Shown: positions 32,905 through 43,553, counted from the first letter of the stretch. The stretch: 64,000 nucleotides of DNA from an uncultured Clostridia bacterium (GCA_963766335.1 CAVXZA010000002.1:1615530-1679529), one strand, 5' to 3'. Notes: a model not told the origin generated them from the sequence alone. Made by a program: numbers and translations.

Positions 32905-35900
32905 ATGAAGAAATTCAGTAAACAAATCAGTCTGCTACTTGTTATTGTTTTATTGAGCTCATATATGCTCACGGGTTGCAAGAAAAAAAACAATAAAACA
33001 GAGGTTTCGCCTAGTCCGGGGACCAGCCAGTCGGCAGCTCCGGCAAACACCTCGACACCACCGCCATCACCAGGACCGACTCAAAGTGCGCCGTCGGAGA
33101 AACCGCCCGAACAGGGGGGGCAGGTTGATCCGTGGATAACAACAGAAGATATTAACAAACCCCCTTCAAATGTTGATGAATTTTTAGACTCAGACGATGC
33201 TGATGCTGGTAATCTGCTTGATGACCCGGCAATTGCTGAAGAAATTCTTGGTGCTGATAATCTAGGAGATTTGGTTGACAGCCCGAGAGATGCTGATCGG
33301 CTGCAGGAACTGGCAGAAGAGATTGAAGAACTGATAGATGAAATGACCGATGATGAGGGCAACGCCCCTGATGAAGAAACTCAGGAAGTCGTCGATCAGC
33401 TTGAAGATATTCAAGAAGCTATTGAGGAGCTTTTTGCAGATGCTGAACCGACACCTGAGCAGCTTGAAGCTACCACGGATCTTAAGGGAACCTGGACAGA
33501 GCCTAACAGCATTATTCTTAGATGGACACCTCAAATTGAATGGTTGCCTGAAGACGGTTATTATCTTTATAGGATAATAGATAATGAAGCAGTTATCGTT
33601 GACCGTGATTTAGGAATGGCATACAAAATATATGAACTTTCAGGCCTTAATTATAATTTCTCCCCGTATGTGGCCGATATATTTAATGACTCAGTTCTTG
33701 ATTCGGCAAAACTGAGTACAATCGGAGTTTCAACTGTACAGCAATTCAACGATTTGGTTTTCAGCGATGTAATACTGAATGACTCTATGATGAAAATCAG
33801 CGGGGCTGAAGAATTTGAAAATCAAAAGAATGATAAATTTATACGGCCTTCAACAATTATTGATAAAGTCCCTATAAAAGATGTATATACAAATACCAGC
33901 ATTCACCTTGCTGCCCAGATAAATACAACAGTAATGTCTATTGCAGAAGTACAGGGATCTGCGACAGAAGCCCCGGGCCCTGTCAAAACTGTGGTTCCGG
34001 CACTGACGCCTGCAGAGGAAACAATACAGCTTGTCCTTGAAGCGAGGAATTCAATGCTTACCCTCGCCAACACTAATTCAGAGTTTGCAACGACAGTTGG
34101 CTTTGGATATGAGGATAATTTCGGCGATGCATCATATACAGCAAACACTGTGATTGAGTACGTTCTGCTCCCGATGAGCGAGGGGGTTTCAGCTCCGGAA
34201 GCATCTGAAATAATTGATGAGTCAGCAAGAACAGGCATGTATTCCCTGAAAGTAAGCTATGGTGCTCAGACACCGATAGAAGTCCCTGAGGATCTTGTGG
34301 GATATGGAATTGACGGCGAGGTTCATTTAAGGTGGAAAGCGCCCGAATCAGATTATGCAAAAAGCATAATATCAGGGTATTATATCGAAAGAAAATTAAA
34401 CGGCGAAACCGACTATACCAGAATTAACGATGTTCCTGTGGCAATATCATATATGGAAGATGAAAATAATATCCTTTATGAAGTTGCAGATTATTATGTT
34501 GATTATGATGTCGAAAATGGGGATAGGGCTACATATAGAGTCCAGGCGCTTGATATATTCGGAAGAGTCAGCGATTACTGCTCGGAACCGCTTTCCATTG
34601 AGGTTGTGAAAACAGTTCCTCCGGGATCGCCGGATCTTGACCAGCCCGTACTGTCAAATGCAATTAAACAGAGGACAGAAAGCTACTTTGAAGACACACT
34701 AACAAAATACCCCGGGGAAACAGGTGTGATACTCCCAATATCAAAAACTACAAGCGATACTGAAAGTTTCATAATTTATAGGAGCGCAGCTTGGGGAACC
34801 GGGCTATTTGCAGAACCTGAAGAACTGGGTCGTATTGAAATACCGGATGATGTACTGCCAAATGAACTTGTGTTGAAAAGTACTGCGGGAACCAGGTTTA
34901 AACTGGTTGCAGATGCTAATTCGGATGATGCGGATGCCGTATTCTATGACGTGAATGTTACACCCGGATATTTTTACAAATATTGGGTGGCGGCTGTTGA
35001 TGCCTGGGGTAATGAAAGCGCGTGGTCAAACTCCAAGGTTCTTGGATATTCTACAGAAAATGAACCGCAGGTTCCCGGGGCTGCATATGCCCGGATGACA
35101 TTTAATCTTCTGCCTGACCTATCATTTGAAGCGGTAGGGTTCCTTAATGGCAGATTCGCCGGGATTGATGTGGTAAAAGAGATTGACTGGGTAGGAAATT
35201 CCAATGACGGCGACATGGTTGCAAGAACAAATGTCGATACAACCCCTGTGCAACAGGCTCTTGTCCAGGACGTTCAAATCGGGATTTCGCTTTCAGATAC
35301 AGTAAGACATGAGTTCGCAATAATTCCGCAGCTTTTAAACCTTGAATACGGCAATATGCCGGAACCGCGTGATGTGCATGACATAATTGCGCTGCAGAGC
35401 AATGACATACTGCCGAATGGCAATGCAGAGGTTTCCTGGTATCATTATGCCGGAGATGGTTTGGGAGCATATAATGTTTTCAGGGCTTATGCAGATGGGG
35501 AAGATATTGATGCAATTAGAAGTCTGTCCATTGAAGAAATCCTAGAGGATTATGACTGGAAGCTTGTTGAAGACAATATTACATACAACCAGATAACAGA
35601 TAATGTGGAACAGCAGTCCGGCAGGATTTACTTATATATGATAGCAATGGTACCTGCCGAAACCAGTTTAGCCGAGGACATCGGCTACACCGGTTATGCG
35701 CCAGCCGGCTGGATTAACCTGACATGGGAACGCCCGGATGATCTTCAGATTTCACACTTCAGAGTATATAAAGCAGAAGTCCCGTATTTCAGTGAAAGCG
35801 ACAATCTTGAATCACTTGACTGGACTATGGTTGGGGATAATCTGAAATACGCAGGCTATACCGAAGAAGCCGACCAGACTCATGCACATTACTACTATTA

Positions 35901-38900
35901 TAAAGTTACTTCTGTAAGTATTTGGGGAGTAGAAACAAATTTATATTCATCAGCAGAAATCAGGGTGGCTTCTACAGTTCCTCCGCAGGCGCCTACAATG
36001 CTCATCCCATTCCCGCAGAAAGCGAGTGTTGAGGTTCGGTGGATGGGTGTGCCGTTTGCCAGTTCCTATAAAATATTCAAGACAAAGGTTCCTAGAGTCA
36101 CAGAAGCCGATATTGAAGCCATTCAGGTTAAAGCGCCTGAGATGTTTAATAAGATCTTCATGCCGGAAATAAGCATTCAGATTTATATGCCGGATGAGCT
36201 GATAGTTCCGTTTTCAAATGAGAATCCTTCAATTGGATATATGGCTTCAGGGACTAGTATTCCCTCAGCCAGTGTATCTGAAGCGGTGTCTAATTTTAAT
36301 ACACTGCAGTTGCTGTCACCTACTGCCATAATGGATAGCATCAAGACATCACCGGTCAATACAAAAGTGGATGTTTATAAAACTATTGTAGATAAATACG
36401 GTATCCTTGCAGTGTCCCCATACGGACTTCTTGACTCATCGGCAGCAAAATTAATACCATGGGATGAAATATATGTCGAGGAAATTCCTTTAGGTTCTGA
36501 GTCAACAGGCGAATTCTCATTTGTAGATACTGATGTTGAGTTCGGTGACACATATATGTATACGGTACAGGCATGGAATGACGATGAATTAGCTTCAGAA
36601 CGGCCTGAACCTGTAAGTGTGTCGCCGCGTAAGGGCGAGGCTTTCCCACCGGTTTCAGGCATATCGGCTAAGATAGACACAGACACAGGGCAGCCGGAAA
36701 TCACCTGGAATGCTGCAAAAGATCCTAATCTTAGCATTGAGGAAAGTGCAGAATTCATAGCTGGATACATTGTATACAGAAGTAAAACTCAGAACGGTGT
36801 GTACTATCAGGCCAGTCCGTTCCTAACGGCAACCGGCTATATTGATGATGAGGCAGATCCTGCTGCGGTTAACTGGTATAAAGTTAAGGTCATCGACACC
36901 GGCGGATATACATCTGAGTTTTCTAATGCTGTCTCAACAGGTGGGCAAAGGAATTTCATATTGGCTCCAAGTTCTATTCAAAAAAGGATTATAGAACCAA
37001 TAAGAATCATTCCGATTATTCCGATAATACCTCCGATAGGCGGAGAAGAACCACCGACTGTGCCGGATACTACAGCATCAACAACATCAATCAATTTTCC
37101 TATTTACACGATTCCTCCAATAATCATAATACCTGTAACGCTTCCCGAGTCGGTTAAACTTGCAGGTTTTGATATAACAAATGTTGTGACAACAGACAAT
37201 GGAACACCTAAAAAGGCAACCGGCGATCTTGTTTTGGCAAATAAATATACGATTCCTGTCAATCTTACTGTCAGTAACTGGAGCAGCGAGGGAGAAATCA
37301 CCAATGGGTATGCCTCGCTTCAGGGTAACGTTGAAATTGGTGATACCGGAACATTCCTCAGCGCCCTGTATGTCAGTACAGCTTCTAACAATGGAGTCGC
37401 ATCCGGATACGTTTTAAAAGCAGGTAATCAGGGAACGGAAAATCTTATAGGCGACCTATACTCGCTCAGATTCAGCGGCAGTGAGATAACGCCTGGCGGG
37501 ATAATAAAAATCACTGATATTCCTGAATTCCGGTACAACAATATTAAAATGTCAGACATGGAAAGCATAACTGTTAACCTTGGTGCATTTGACGCCAGCG
37601 CACCGGCTGTAATTCAACAGGAAAGCATATTCAAGGGCGGATATACCATTTATTTCATGTATGGAACCGGCTTTATAAACATGATGAACGGGACTGCTGA
37701 AAATGACCTTGGAATGGAAACAGTTGATAACAAGGGGCTTGTGTTCAGCTATAGTATTATTAATTTTGACCGGAACGGAGCCCTTAACGGTACAATGACT
37801 ATCGATGAAAATCAACTTATGCGCACTGTCATTCCATCGGGGCTTGGGATAAAAACATCAGATGCCAAGCTGGTATATTCCAATGGTGTTGCCGATACTA
37901 CCCAAAGTTATCTTAATGGCAAGATAATGCTTCCTTTCAGAATGTTTGTAGATGATTCGCCTGTGAATACAGACTTTCTGTCAATGGCATCTAGGACACT
38001 CGGAGATGTGCCGATGAATAATATCAATATCTCCAGTATTCTAGATATGAATCCGGTATTGATTCAATCCGGTTCCCAGGCAGTAAGCAAAGCTGAAAAG
38101 AGCATAATTGATGTTGGAATGTACTATGTGGCTGAAAGGGCGCAGGAACAAACGCTGCTTGTTATGCCGGCCGAAGCGATTGACCTAGAATATTTTTCGA
38201 ATATTCCTATCAATGTTTCGGGATGGGACGGCCGCGGATTTACTGTTATAAACAAAACATTGAAACCAACCCTTGTCGGAAACGATGATGAGGAAGTAGG
38301 TGTAATAGGCAGCAATGTCACTATAGACCTCGACCGCGAAGCATTTACTTCAGCCGCAACTACAACCGAGACAATGGAAGATGTATGGACCGGAATGATT
38401 GTGAAATCCGGCCGTGTGTCCTTGCCTCCTGCATATATTCAAACAGAAGATGGCAAAAGGGTTTCCTTCGTACTATCACCAGGCGATATGCTATATGACA
38501 GAAATGGATTTGCATACCAAAGCCAGGCATATTCGCCGCAGGGCATTCCGGTTAATTTTGGCGACCAGTTAGGCAACTTTGAAGATGTATACGCCCATAG
38601 TATATACATTGATTTGTATAATAACGAAGTTAACATGGAGGTCAAAGCATCTCTCGGCATACCTTTGTTTGGATTCCAACGGGTTGATGTAAGGCTTTAT
38701 ACATCAGAAGAACTGGGTAAACTTGTGTGCAGTGTCGATGAAACTGAGAAATTTGACCCTGCAGGAACCGGTGAGGTATTTATAAGTATTTCCGGCGGGC
38801 ATCTGATGGAAGACGGACTGCATATGGACGGCACCCTCGACCTACAGTTTACCAACTCAATTGATATGAGCAACATTGCATTTACAGAATTGATAATCCC

Positions 38901-40443
38901 TGCGGACATGGAAGCCCTGAAGGTGGAAAATAACCCTGAAGGCCTTCTTGGTTCAGCTATGTTCGATAAACCGTATAAGATACAATTCCACGATTTTGAT
39001 ATGGAAATCAGGGCTCTGTCATTGACAACCAGGGATGCGCCCTTCCAAGTAACATTGCTTCCGCTGCAATTGGGGACAGGCATAAAAAGAACATTTATGG
39101 GTGTTGGAAAAACCATGCCGATATCCGGGACAGTGAATTATTATGCCAGCGACCTGTTCCTCTGGGGCGGAATGCAGTTATCAGATACTCTCGCTATCGA
39201 TACTGAAGAGGATTTTGACAGGGTAGTTATCTCCGGTGTATTTGAAGATCCCGTTATCAGTTACTCTGAATCCAAATCCAAGATTGATATGGAATTCGAA
39301 GAATTTGCGCAGATTGATGCGGTGGCAACACCTAAGATGGTAGATCCTTCGTCCGGAATAATTGAATATGATACCGAAAACCTGGAAATGATATTTAATA
39401 CAGCGGCAGATATCTTCAGCGGAGTGGAGCTTGAGTGTAATGCCCGCCTTGGATACGACAAAGTGATGAGTAGATTTTTCTTCGCTCTTGCAATTTATTA
39501 CCATGACCCGAATGGGGGCATTAAATTTGCATATGGAAGCATTAACGACTTGACAGGCGTAATCGGGTACAACCTTGACATTGAATACACCGATGAAACC
39601 GGCTATTACATACCTGACGGAAAACAAGGTTTGTTTAACTATATTGACGATATGGATGTAAATCGAGATTCCGGCGGTAATTATTTCTTCGCAGCATCCG
39701 CATTTATGACTATAGGATATGAAACCAGCGGAGGTACCATTAAACTTGGTGAAGTCAGGAATATGTACCTTATCATTGAAAAAGGACCTACGGTAGAAAT
39801 GGGTGGCAAGTATTATGGACCTTCAACGATAACGTCACTAACTACAGGGAATGATCTCAAGCATATGGGAACAGTCAGAATAGGTTATTATCACAAAGAC
39901 AGGTTATTTAAATTCAGCCTGACATTGAATGACTTTGGAATGTATGGCCTGACAGTAAACGGTGATGTGGGATTTGAAATGAGTCCGAAATACTGGGAAC
40001 TTCGGATTGGATACCCTAATACGCTAGTTGCTGAACTCGGTAGTTTGGCTAGTGCGGGATTTGGTCTGATTATCCACACTTCGTTCCCTCCTTCAGAAAG
40101 CTATATGAAAACAAAGATGTTCTTTGAATTCGACACCGGATATGTGACCATAGCCATTGTTTATTTCCGGGCTTATCTGAGCATAGGCGCCGAGGGAGAG
40201 ATAAATATTCCGGAAAACTACATGTATTTCACTGCATGGATTAAAGGAGGCCTTGAGGGCGGAATTAAGGTTGGCGGAAAGAGATATGAAATAATTTCAC
40301 TGCATCTTGATGCAGTCGGCGAACTGGAAAAACGCCAGAGCGATTGGCGGCTTGAGGCTAAAGTCAAAGTGCGATACCACTTAAATTTGTTCTTGTTTGA
40401 TGTGGGTGGGTCTGTAACCTGGCACATGAAGCTGAAATTCTAG
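32905..40443 (+). CDS. Giant (2512 aa) surface lipoprotein with multiple FN3-like domains and C-terminal beta-barrel-like region
   Basis: Signal peptide + lipobox LTGC (Cys25). S/P/T-rich then D/E-rich low-complexity region (residues about 75-190). At least 6-7 FN3-like modules with W...Y...Y/V patterns. IPIIPIIPP Pro/Ile linker (about nt 36990-37150). About 1100-aa C-terminal region with alternating amphipathic strands ending ...VGGSVTWHMKLKF. GGGGG ribosome-binding site. Confidence 0.8.
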   Translation: MKKFSKQISLLLVIVLLSSYMLTGCKKKNNKTEVSPSPGTSQSAAPANTSTPPPSPGPTQSAPSEKPPEQGGQVDPWITTEDINKPPSNVDEFLDSDDADAGNLLDDPAIAEEILGADNLGDLVDSPRDADRLQELAEEIEELIDEMTDDEGNAPDEETQEVVDQLEDIQEAIEELFADAEPTPEQLEATTDLKGTWTEPNSIILRWTPQIEWLPEDGYYLYRIIDNEAVIVDRDLGMAYKIYELSGLNYNFSPYVADIFNDSVLDSAKLSTIGVSTVQQFNDLVFSDVILNDSMMKISGAEEFENQKNDKFIRPSTIIDKVPIKDVYTNTSIHLAAQINTTVMSIAEVQGSATEAPGPVKTVVPALTPAEETIQLVLEARNSMLTLANTNSEFATTVGFGYEDNFGDASYTANTVIEYVLLPMSEGVSAPEASEIIDESARTGMYSLKVSYGAQTPIEVPEDLVGYGIDGEVHLRWKAPESDYAKSIISGYYIERKLNGETDYTRINDVPVAISYMEDENNILYEVADYYVDYDVENGDRATYRVQALDIFGRVSDYCSEPLSIEVVKTVPPGSPDLDQPVLSNAIKQRTESYFEDTLTKYPGETGVILPISKTTSDTESFIIYRSAAWGTGLFAEPEELGRIEIPDDVLPNELVLKSTAGTRFKLVADANSDDADAVFYDVNVTPGYFYKYWVAAVDAWGNESAWSNSKVLGYSTENEPQVPGAAYARMTFNLLPDLSFEAVGFLNGRFAGIDVVKEIDWVGNSNDGDMVARTNVDTTPVQQALVQDVQIGISLSDTVRHEFAIIPQLLNLEYGNMPEPRDVHDIIALQSNDILPNGNAEVSWYHYAGDGLGAYNVFRAYADGEDIDAIRSLSIEEILEDYDWKLVEDNITYNQITDNVEQQSGRIYLYMIAMVPAETSLAEDIGYTGYAPAGWINLTWERPDDLQISHFRVYKAEVPYFSESDNLESLDWTMVGDNLKYAGYTEEADQTHAHYYYYKVTSVSIWGVETNLYSSAEIRVASTVPPQAPTMLIPFPQKASVEVRWMGVPFASSYKIFKTKVPRVTEADIEAIQVKAPEMFNKIFMPEISIQIYMPDELIVPFSNENPSIGYMASGTSIPSASVSEAVSNFNTLQLLSPTAIMDSIKTSPVNTKVDVYKTIVDKYGILAVSPYGLLDSSAAKLIPWDEIYVEEIPLGSESTGEFSFVDTDVEFGDTYMYTVQAWNDDELASERPEPVSVSPRKGEAFPPVSGISAKIDTDTGQPEITWNAAKDPNLSIEESAEFIAGYIVYRSKTQNGVYYQASPFLTATGYIDDEADPAAVNWYKVKVIDTGGYTSEFSNAVSTGGQRNFILAPSSIQKRIIEPIRIIPIIPIIPPIGGEEPPTVPDTTASTTSINFPIYTIPPIIIIPVTLPESVKLAGFDITNVVTTDNGTPKKATGDLVLANKYTIPVNLTVSNWSSEGEITNGYASLQGNVEIGDTGTFLSALYVSTASNNGVASGYVLKAGNQGTENLIGDLYSLRFSGSEITPGGIIKITDIPEFRYNNIKMSDMESITVNLGAFDASAPAVIQQESIFKGGYTIYFMYGTGFINMMNGTAENDLGMETVDNKGLVFSYSIINFDRNGALNGTMTIDENQLMRTVIPSGLGIKTSDAKLVYSNGVADTTQSYLNGKIMLPFRMFVDDSPVNTDFLSMASRTLGDVPMNNINISSILDMNPVLIQSGSQAVSKAEKSIIDVGMYYVAERAQEQTLLVMPAEAIDLEYFSNIPINVSGWDGRGFTVINKTLKPTLVGNDDEEVGVIGSNVTIDLDREAFTSAATTTETMEDVWTGMIVKSGRVSLPPAYIQTEDGKRVSFVLSPGDMLYDRNGFAYQSQAYSPQGIPVNFGDQLGNFEDVYAHSIYIDLYNNEVNMEVKASLGIPLFGFQRVDVRLYTSEELGKLVCSVDETEKFDPAGTGEVFISISGGHLMEDGLHMDGTLDLQFTNSIDMSNIAFTELIIPADMEALKVENNPEGLLGSAMFDKPYKIQFHDFDMEIRALSLTTRDAPFQVTLLPLQLGTGIKRTFMGVGKTMPISGTVNYYASDLFLWGGMQLSDTLAIDTEEDFDRVVISGVFEDPVISYSESKSKIDMEFEEFAQIDAVATPKMVDPSSGIIEYDTENLEMIFNTAADIFSGVELECNARLGYDKVMSRFFFALAIYYHDPNGGIKFAYGSINDLTGVIGYNLDIEYTDETGYYIPDGKQGLFNYIDDMDVNRDSGGNYFFAASAFMTIGYETSGGTIKLGEVRNMYLIIEKGPTVEMGGKYYGPSTITSLTTGNDLKHMGTVRIGYYHKDRLFKFSLTLNDFGMYGLTVNGDVGFEMSPKYWELRIGYPNTLVAELGSLASAGFGLIIHTSFPPSESYMKTKMFFEFDTGYVTIAIVYFRAYLSIGAEGEINIPENYMYFTAWIKGGLEGGIKVGGKRYEIISLHLDAVGELEKRQSDWRLEAKVKVRYHLNLFLFDVGGSVTWHMKLKF

Positions 40444-40483
40444 AAACCATATAACTTTGCTTTCAGTAACATTAAGTTATTAG

Positions 40484-40515
40484 CCACCGGGTATATTTAT
40501 CACCCGGTGGTTTTT
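40484..40515 (+). terminator. Rho-independent terminator after giant gene
   Basis: ccaccgggt...acccggtgg + ttttt. Confidence 0.75.
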
Positions 40516-40643
40516 AGATTAATTCTTCGTTTGTTTGCGGTAGTTACTTTCTTGACGTGTTAACTTTCTAAGATGTTTTGATGCAGGTTAATTTATACTA
40601 GTATTTTTAATCTAAAAAGATATGGGTTTAACATGAATTAATA

Positions 40644-43553
40644 TCAAGTCAAAAAATCACGTTGTATCATACTCTGCAACTCATCGATTTCTTTAAAACA
40701 CTCAATAATTACAACTTCCTCCAAATGGCTGAATTGACTCGGGTCAATCCAATTATCAAGTTTTTGGTTGTGCTCAAAAGCAGAAGCTTGATTCCATAAC
40801 CGTAAACGCATAAGCGTCTCATATGCAGTGATGATATCCCGGTGCTTGGAATCCAAAATAATTCCCAGGCCTTTGATATCGTCAAGTTGAAGCAATGTAT
40901 TTGATTCGTCTATCGAGTTTTTCAAAGAGTAGAGGCGTGCAAAGGCAACAATTGCCATAGCAGGTGTTTTCACATCTATTAAACCCGGATGCTCTTTCCC
41001 TCCTGATGCTACGATATTGCCAAATAATCGTAAAGGCGTTTTGAAAATCAAGGCATTCTTGGCAACCTGTGATAAGAAGAATGGATTGTTCTGTACTTCA
41101 GAAAAAATATACTTGCGTAGTTCTGTAGCTAAATCCAGGTCGCCTGATACTGTCCGAAGATCAAATAAAATGCAAAACTCAACCACTTGCTGCGGCTCAG
41201 AGCCGTGAATCCATTTTTCAAAATATGATTTCCAGACAGATAGTGGCTGGTTCCATTCGGGATTGCTTGCGATTTTATTGCCAATGCACTTTTTATACCC
41301 GGCCTGCTCCAGGGTATTGCAAACTATTGTTGCCAATTCCATAAAGTATTCTTCAACAGCTTTTTTATCATCATTATCAGTTAACTCATATATAATTGCA
41401 TTATCCTGGTCGCTGAAAAGTGTTTGTGATTGCCTGCCATGACTCCCTGATGCTAAAAAGGCAAAGGATGTTGGCGGTTTACCTATTTCTTTTATGGTAA
41501 GTTCAATGATTTTTTGTGTGGTCAGATCAGTTATCAACGAAATCATATAAGCTATTGCGACCGAGGATGTGCCGTTTTCCAGGAGAGGAACAATCAGGTC
41601 GGCTGTTTTTTTGCATAGATTAATAACATCGTTTATATGATAGGCATTTTTTATAGAATCAGCTAAATCCGAGGCAATATTGCTTGGAATATGGAGTAAA
41701 CGATTCAGGGCTACATGCGGTCCGGTGAACTCTGCTAGATCATCTGAACGCCTGACAAGTATCATGAAGCCTGACGTCGGATCATTCAAGCCTTTCTTTA
41801 CAGTCATGCTGCAACTAAGCAGGGTTCCGTCAATACGGCGTAAAACCCCGTTATGTAAATTGGCTGCATCGTGTTCATGAACTGAGAAAAGAAATGATAA
41901 CCATTCCTTATTGACTTTGATGTCAGGGAAAATGTCCATTAAGTCTAATAGTTCTATTGTATCTTCAGTACATTCAAGCAACTCGTACATTACTGTATTT
42001 GCATATCTGCAGCGCCCGTTATATACAAATAATGCACCTTCAGATGCGGCATCAGTCAGCGACTGATAGCGCTCAATTGATTCAAGAAGCAGCTTCTCAG
42101 CTTCTATCCGTGATTTTTCCAATTTTATGCTCTGCCTGATTAAATATAGCATTAATAAGATAACAATTGCTATAATCACAAGCGATATCTTAACAATATT
42201 TCCGCGCAGCAATGCAATTTCTGCATGTACATCATTGACGTATATACCGGTTCCAATTACCCATCCCCATGGTTCGAATAGCCTGATGTACGACTCTTTT
42301 GGCTCCTGTCTTTCAGTTTCATCCATCCATTGCCAAACATAACTTATGTATCCTTCGCCCTTTTCTAATACAAGATCAGAGAAAGCTACAAATATCCTGG
42401 TGCCCTGTGCATCCTGATAGTCTGATACATCTTGATTATTCAAATCTTTTCGATATGGGTGCATGAGTATTCGCGGAGTTGTATCCTGCAGCCAGAAATA
42501 GTCTTTATTGTCAACACCATAGCGCATGGCCTCTATGCGGTTCTTAGCCAGTGTTTGAGCCTGTTCCAGTGACAACTGGTTATTTTCGACTTCCTCGGCA
42601 GCTTCATTTAGAACTCCCCAGGCTACTTGTGTAAGCTGCCTGATATTTTCACGCTTTCGTTCAAGCAAGGTATCCTCAAAATATGGAATAAGGATTGCGA
42701 AAAGAGCAATTATAAATAGTGCCACCGATAGTATTACAGGAAGTAAAAAGTTTATTGCAAAGGAAAACCATTTTGTCTTTTGTCTCTTTGGCGATTGCAG
42801 ATTCTGAACAGCAGCAGGTTGAACATAATTAGAAGATGCCCGTATAAGTGCGTCGCGGAATGCTTTCCAATATTTCGTCTTTATAACTTTGCCCGGATCT
42901 ATTTCGGTAGGTAAATGGTAGTCGGTACCGGCAGACATAAGCAGGTTTGATTTTGTGGCAATTTCCACTAATTTGGCTTCTTTTTCAGAAGAATTCGGAC
43001 CATAAAATGCCTCGATACCATCAAGTCCTAGATTTTGCAGTTCATCAACCAGTTCCTGAATCTTTTTTATGTCAGGTTCAGTTTGATATGGATGGGCTAA
43101 AAAGGCTATACCACCGGCCCTATGAATGATTTCTATGATTTCCTGGGCCGTCCGGTAAACCTGTGGCTTTATGTGACTGGTTGCATCAGCATTACTATTT
43201 TTTTCATTTAATAGGGTGACTAACTCAGGGTGTTCTGGGTTAAATCCATAAGCCAGTAAATGGATTATTTGGTCTTTAAGTTCCGTCGTAATTTCAAGCC
43301 CTGAGACATAGCCAATGCCATACTGTTTAAGTGCCTTTTTGAATGCAGGACATCCTACTATAGTGTTATGGTCAGTAAGTGAAGCAAATTTTATTTCATG
43401 CTCAGATAGATTTTTAGCAATTTGCTCCGGTAATAAAGTGCCGTCGCTGAATACAGAATGGCAGTGCATATCAACGCATATATTATCTGCTATCGATTCA
43501 TCCCGATAGGTTTCTTTTTTCATTAAAGTTTCTTGAATCTGGTTAAATTTCAT
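40644..43553 (-). CDS. Membrane sensor protein: PHP phosphoesterase - TM - Cache - TM - PAS - DUF294-type nucleotidyltransferase
   Basis: N-terminal PHP motifs (CVDMHCHSVFSDG, TDHN, AHP, GTDYH). Two TM helices flank a Cache-like domain (YFWLQD...GWVIGTGIYV). C-terminal Pol-beta-type NTase motif GSHGRQSQTLFSDQDNAI (nt about 41405-41460) plus DUF294_C-like helical domain. Confidence 0.7.
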   Translation of the reverse strand: MKFNQIQETLMKKETYRDESIADNICVDMHCHSVFSDGTLLPEQIAKNLSEHEIKFASLTDHNTIVGCPAFKKALKQYGIGYVSGLEITTELKDQIIHLLAYGFNPEHPELVTLLNEKNSNADATSHIKPQVYRTAQEIIEIIHRAGGIAFLAHPYQTEPDIKKIQELVDELQNLGLDGIEAFYGPNSSEKEAKLVEIATKSNLLMSAGTDYHLPTEIDPGKVIKTKYWKAFRDALIRASSNYVQPAAVQNLQSPKRQKTKWFSFAINFLLPVILSVALFIIALFAILIPYFEDTLLERKRENIRQLTQVAWGVLNEAAEEVENNQLSLEQAQTLAKNRIEAMRYGVDNKDYFWLQDTTPRILMHPYRKDLNNQDVSDYQDAQGTRIFVAFSDLVLEKGEGYISYVWQWMDETERQEPKESYIRLFEPWGWVIGTGIYVNDVHAEIALLRGNIVKISLVIIAIVILLMLYLIRQSIKLEKSRIEAEKLLLESIERYQSLTDAASEGALFVYNGRCRYANTVMYELLECTEDTIELLDLMDIFPDIKVNKEWLSFLFSVHEHDAANLHNGVLRRIDGTLLSCSMTVKKGLNDPTSGFMILVRRSDDLAEFTGPHVALNRLLHIPSNIASDLADSIKNAYHINDVINLCKKTADLIVPLLENGTSSVAIAYMISLITDLTTQKIIELTIKEIGKPPTSFAFLASGSHGRQSQTLFSDQDNAIIYELTDNDDKKAVEEYFMELATIVCNTLEQAGYKKCIGNKIASNPEWNQPLSVWKSYFEKWIHGSEPQQVVEFCILFDLRTVSGDLDLATELRKYIFSEVQNNPFFLSQVAKNALIFKTPLRLFGNIVASGGKEHPGLIDVKTPAMAIVAFARLYSLKNSIDESNTLLQLDDIKGLGIILDSKHRDIITAYETLMRLRLWNQASAFEHNQKLDNWIDPSQFSHLEEVVIIECFKEIDELQSMIQRDFLT

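Noticed and set aside
32981-32988. Poly-A tract (8 A) after the lipobox Cys codon of the giant gene as a phase-variation switch
   Set aside because: Eight residues is at the lower limit for slipped-strand variation and simply encodes Lys-Lys-Asn. No evidence of length heterogeneity available from a single sequence.
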